The position numbers were made by a program, and so were the translations under genes. Below, in pieces: positions 61,085 through 64,000 of a stretch of 64,000 nucleotides of DNA. The stretch is taken from the NCBI GenBank assembly GCA_041674485.1, contig JBAYVP010000002.1, forward strand, positions 9,897 through 73,896. The letters run 5' to 3'. The stretch's first letter is position 1. The number at the start of each line of letters is the position of its first letter. Origin of the DNA: Sulfuricellaceae bacterium (lineage in GTDB: Bacteria > Pseudomonadota > Gammaproteobacteria > Burkholderiales > Sulfuricellaceae). The notes beneath the pieces were generated by a model, which was not told the DNA's origin, did no database searches, and saw only the letters and a list, made by a program, of their open reading frames with translations.

Positions 61085-62089
61085 TCACGTTAAATCCTTC
61101 AAAGCTCTTTCTTTGATGGTTGCATCCAACCATTTATGTAAGCTCACCCCACTTTTTTTCGCCGCTTTTTCATACAACTCCTTTGTTTCTTTTGTTATGC
61201 CTTCGAGTTTTCCGAAATATCGTGTATTGAATGATCCCCCCCGATAGCCGGGCAGCTCTATGTCGAAATTTCCCACTGGCTCGCCCTCTCCAACCGTATA
61301 GTCAACGACGTAATGAACATTGCCAAGAATCCAACGGATACCGACATTTCGCGCCTCGACAGGAATGAGTGCGAGCGGGTCTGGGTCTGCAAACATCGGG
61401 TTGTTGTTGATGAGAATCTTTCCATACTCGGTATTTCTGAGCCAGGGCGGGACATTCTTCTCGCAGAAAACAACCCTGCCGCCGGTGTGAACGACTCTTA
61501 CCATTTCTTTTAGCGCAGCTCTTTGGTCAATGAAATGGCCGATCCCAGCGAAGCAATATAATGCATCGAAGTAATTATCGGTGTAGGGCAGATGGCAGGC
61601 ATCTCCAATCGCTGCCTCAGTCATGGCAGGGTGCTTTGTGATTTTTTCTTTTGCTTGCACCAACATGTCAGGCGATATATCCAGCAGCCAAAGCTCGCCT
61701 GTTCCATCTAAATTTTTTACGATGAGCTCCGAATCTTTACCAGTTCCCGCAGATATTTCCAACACCTTGCTGTGCTTATTTAAATTGAGCAGGTTGATCA
61801 TCGAAAGTCGAACATCCAATTCGCTCTCGTTGTACAGGTCGAAGGTAACGTGAACATTTTCATCGTAACTGTCCGCGATGGAAGCGTAGTAGTTTCGAGC
61901 AAAATGCGCTGCCCCAGCTAATTGCTCTGGAGCCGCAAAAACAGGCATTCCATTATTGATGGAATAACGGCTATTCGTAGTTAGCAGCGTGCCATTCGTA
62001 ACCTCATTTTCCTTTTTAACAAAGTTCACCAGACGTAGCGGCTCGCCTGTAATGGGGCAACGGTAGACTTCCAGGGATTTTTCTCTCAT
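61085..62089 (-). CDS. Class I SAM-dependent methyltransferase (type 11) with a Trm112-like N-terminal segment
   Basis: YRCPITGEPL. VLEISAGTGKDS (motif I), LLDISPDML, ALYCFAGIGHF, GGRVVF. Confidence 0.8.
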   Translation of the reverse strand: MREKSLEVYRCPITGEPLRLVNFVKKENEVTNGTLLTTNSRYSINNGMPVFAAPEQLAGAAHFARNYYASIADSYDENVHVTFDLYNESELDVRLSMINLLNLNKHSKVLEISAGTGKDSELIVKNLDGTGELWLLDISPDMLVQAKEKITKHPAMTEAAIGDACHLPYTDNYFDALYCFAGIGHFIDQRAALKEMVRVVHTGGRVVFCEKNVPPWLRNTEYGKILINNNPMFADPDPLALIPVEARNVGIRWILGNVHYVVDYTVGEGEPVGNFDIELPGYRGGSFNTRYFGKLEGITKETKELYEKAAKKSGVSLHKWLDATIKERALKDLT

Positions 62090-63267
62090 TTACCTAAATT
62101 TCCTTCACATAGCAGACGCCCCCAGCTAATTACCTGTAAAAATCTTTGGGAAATAGAGTTAGCAGCTCTTTGTTGAGCATCAGGCGTTATTCCTAGAACA
62201 ACGCAAGCAGTGTCTGGCACATCAGACGTTTTTACAACAGGCTTATCGAGAAAAGTTGTTTGATCCTTTGGATCATCTACGCAACAAGATTGCACAAGGC
62301 TCCAATAGTTAGGGCAGTAGGCGGCAAGGATCGAGGACCAGTAACTTGCGCCAAGATTGACCACGTTGCTGCTTTCTTTGACCTGCTCGGTCAGGAATTT
62401 GTCGATGGCTCTAAATGAGCCGAGGAATTTTTGCCGTTCTTGCAAAAGTAAGTCGATGTCGCAGTGAAAGTCGTTTTGCTTCTTGCCGCATGAACTATCT
62501 GAGATCATGAGTAACGCAGGAGGTAGTGAGGCGGAGCTTCCTTCTGACTGGCAGATGGTGCAACTTTGTGAGTTTGGCAGTGCCTTGCCAGCCAAACTCT
62601 GGAGGTTTGCAGGTATCAAGGATAAATTCTGATCTGCCCACAATAACTCAATGTTGGGGCGAGAACCGTCTGGGCAGGTTACTACCGTCACGCCCATTCC
62701 AGAAACCAGCTTTGATAGAGTGGTCAGAAAATCGAGAGGATTCGAAACGTGCTGAAGCACATTTGTTGAAACGACCAAGTCGAATGACGCCAAGGCTGGC
62801 GCGATATGCTCAAGCCTGCCTTCATGCACACGATGCCCCCTTTCACGCGCCATCTTGACGTTATATTGGGATGGCTCGATTCCTTCGATCACCGCTTCGG
62901 GAAAGGTTTCCTGCATCAAATCCATAAGCCAGCCTTGGCCGCAGCCAACATCAAGAATTCTTTTGGGTTCTTTTATGGCGACCGCCTCGCAAATCCATTT
63001 CCAGATTGATACGTACCGTTGTTTGTGGAATGTTTCAGCCCCTGGCCGCTCGTAGTAATTGGCGTAGTCAGTTTCATAATAGTCCGTGAATGCCAGCATT
63101 GATGACCGGACACGTTGTGCTGCACCGCATGTCATGCATTGAGATTTGCCTAACGGTTTTGCTACTACGCGACCTGCTGTGGTTACTGAGCGTGAATCAT
63201 GCGGGTCGATCAGGTCTTTCCAGTTCGAACTGCCACAAACAAGGCAAATAGGGGGTTTGGAGATCAT
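62086..63267 (-). CDS. SAM-dependent methyltransferase with an N-terminal Zn-ribbon (NDP-sugar C-methyltransferase-like architecture)
   Basis: CLVCGSSNW...CMTCGAAQ (4-Cys ribbon). ILDVGCGQGWLM (motif I). 4 nt overlap with the downstream methyltransferase. Confidence 0.75.
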   Translation of the reverse strand: MISKPPICLVCGSSNWKDLIDPHDSRSVTTAGRVVAKPLGKSQCMTCGAAQRVRSSMLAFTDYYETDYANYYERPGAETFHKQRYVSIWKWICEAVAIKEPKRILDVGCGQGWLMDLMQETFPEAVIEGIEPSQYNVKMARERGHRVHEGRLEHIAPALASFDLVVSTNVLQHVSNPLDFLTTLSKLVSGMGVTVVTCPDGSRPNIELLWADQNLSLIPANLQSLAGKALPNSQSCTICQSEGSSASLPPALLMISDSSCGKKQNDFHCDIDLLLQERQKFLGSFRAIDKFLTEQVKESSNVVNLGASYWSSILAAYCPNYWSLVQSCCVDDPKDQTTFLDKPVVKTSDVPDTACVVLGITPDAQQRAANSISQRFLQVISWGRLLCEGNLGK

Positions 63268-63277
63268 TTGAGGACGT

Positions 63278-63958
63278 TCAAATATCTGAGAAGCGAGACA
63301 TTCTAAGGAACTGCTGGCTATTTAAACGCTGTGGTTTGGAGCTTTCTGCGATGAAAACCTGGCCTTCATCTGCGCATTTCGTTATCAACGCATTGGCGCC
63401 AATAAAACAGTCATCGCCAACTGTGATGCCGTGCGCTACCGTGGCATTCACCGCCAGGAAGCAATTACTTCCCATCGTAACCACGCCGGAGATATTGGCG
63501 CAGGAAGTCAGCCAGCAATTATCCCCAATCGACGAATGATGCCCGATCATGGCACCGCTCCAGACGAACACATTGTTGCCAAGTTTCACACGTGGATGGA
63601 TATGCACCTGGTTCATGATGAAGCAGTTGTCGCCGTAAACACAGTCGCTGGGCAGACCCGATTCCGGGTGAACATAGGATGCCAGGGTGTAGCCAAGCTG
63701 GCGAGCCTCGGCACATTTCGCTGTGCGCAAGGCATTCATGTCCTGATAGCCAAGAGCTACGAACATGTCATGTGTTTCCGGCGAATGGCTGCGCGTAATT
63801 TCGTCGAAAGGAGCAACGGGTATGCCATGCCATTCCGAGCCGGGAAGATAATCTCTGTCCACGGAACAGGCTACAACCTGGCGGTCGCTGTGGTGGGTGA
63901 AAAAATACAGAAGCACTTCCGCGATTTTGCCGGTGCCAAAGAGGACGATAGGTTTCAT
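63278..63958 (-). CDS. NeuD/PglD-family sugar N/O-acetyltransferase (left-handed beta-helix)
   Basis: N-terminal Rossmann-like MKPIVLFGTGKIAEVL. Hexapeptide repeats IGDNCWLTSCANISGVVTMGSNCFLAVNATVAHGITVGDDCFIGANALI. Confidence 0.8.
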   Translation of the reverse strand: MKPIVLFGTGKIAEVLLYFFTHHSDRQVVACSVDRDYLPGSEWHGIPVAPFDEITRSHSPETHDMFVALGYQDMNALRTAKCAEARQLGYTLASYVHPESGLPSDCVYGDNCFIMNQVHIHPRVKLGNNVFVWSGAMIGHHSSIGDNCWLTSCANISGVVTMGSNCFLAVNATVAHGITVGDDCFIGANALITKCADEGQVFIAESSKPQRLNSQQFLRMSRFSDI

Positions 63959-64000
63959 GGGGTAAATGGTAAGTTGGCGATGGATTGAAGTATGAGGTAA

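Overview
About 64 kb of moderately GC-rich chromosome. Gene content and REP-type repeats suggest a betaproteobacterial chemolithotroph (Nitrosomonadales/Gallionellaceae-like); this is inference only, no search was possible. The window has three blocks. (1) 0-24 kb is a dense, unusual respiratory block. It holds two paralogous b6-type cytochrome b modules with C-terminal haem c tails and no Rieske gene in view, plus two 7-bladed GxIWFTE beta-propellers. It also holds a HemY-like oxidase next to a radical-SAM/SPASM protein and a tandem-USP protein, both carrying arrays of PCP_red-like domains. Further on are a divergent NosZ-like Cu propeller/cupredoxin protein with no nos accessory genes, and a CydA-like (bd-like) membrane protein operonic with several c-type cytochromes and an EB_dh (NxrC/EbdC-type) domain. 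I count 14 CxxCH motifs in 11 predicted exported or membrane proteins. (2) 24-34 kb is housekeeping (M48/LysM protease, rpmE, MFS transporter) plus a thiol-redox/copper-chaperone maturation cluster: CcmH-like, 3 TlpA-like, CcdA, Sco1, PCuAC. (3) 34-64 kb holds late flagellar genes: two YcgR-like PilZ paralogues, flhB-like, fliK, fliT, fliS, fliD, flaG and an 895 aa fliC with a near-consensus sigma-28 promoter. This block is split by two REP-flanked toxin-antitoxin islands (CcdAB + retropepsin-like protease; MazEF, TumA/truncated TumE, HipBA, HicAB, Rpn-family nuclease with tandem 3' cassettes). It is followed by a flagellin-glycosylation island: TPR-GT41 FlmG-like transferase, DegT aminotransferase, two MNT-HEPN pairs, WbqC, four or five methyltransferases (one frameshifted), a GH-like propeller and a NeuD/PglD-like acetyltransferase. 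Several families of palindromic REP/MITE-like repeats fill the intergenic gaps. I recognised no rRNA, tRNA, CRISPR array, integrase or IS transposase. All calls rest on by-eye motif recognition in the supplied translations. Start codons were refined only where an RBS, signal peptide or translational coupling was visible.
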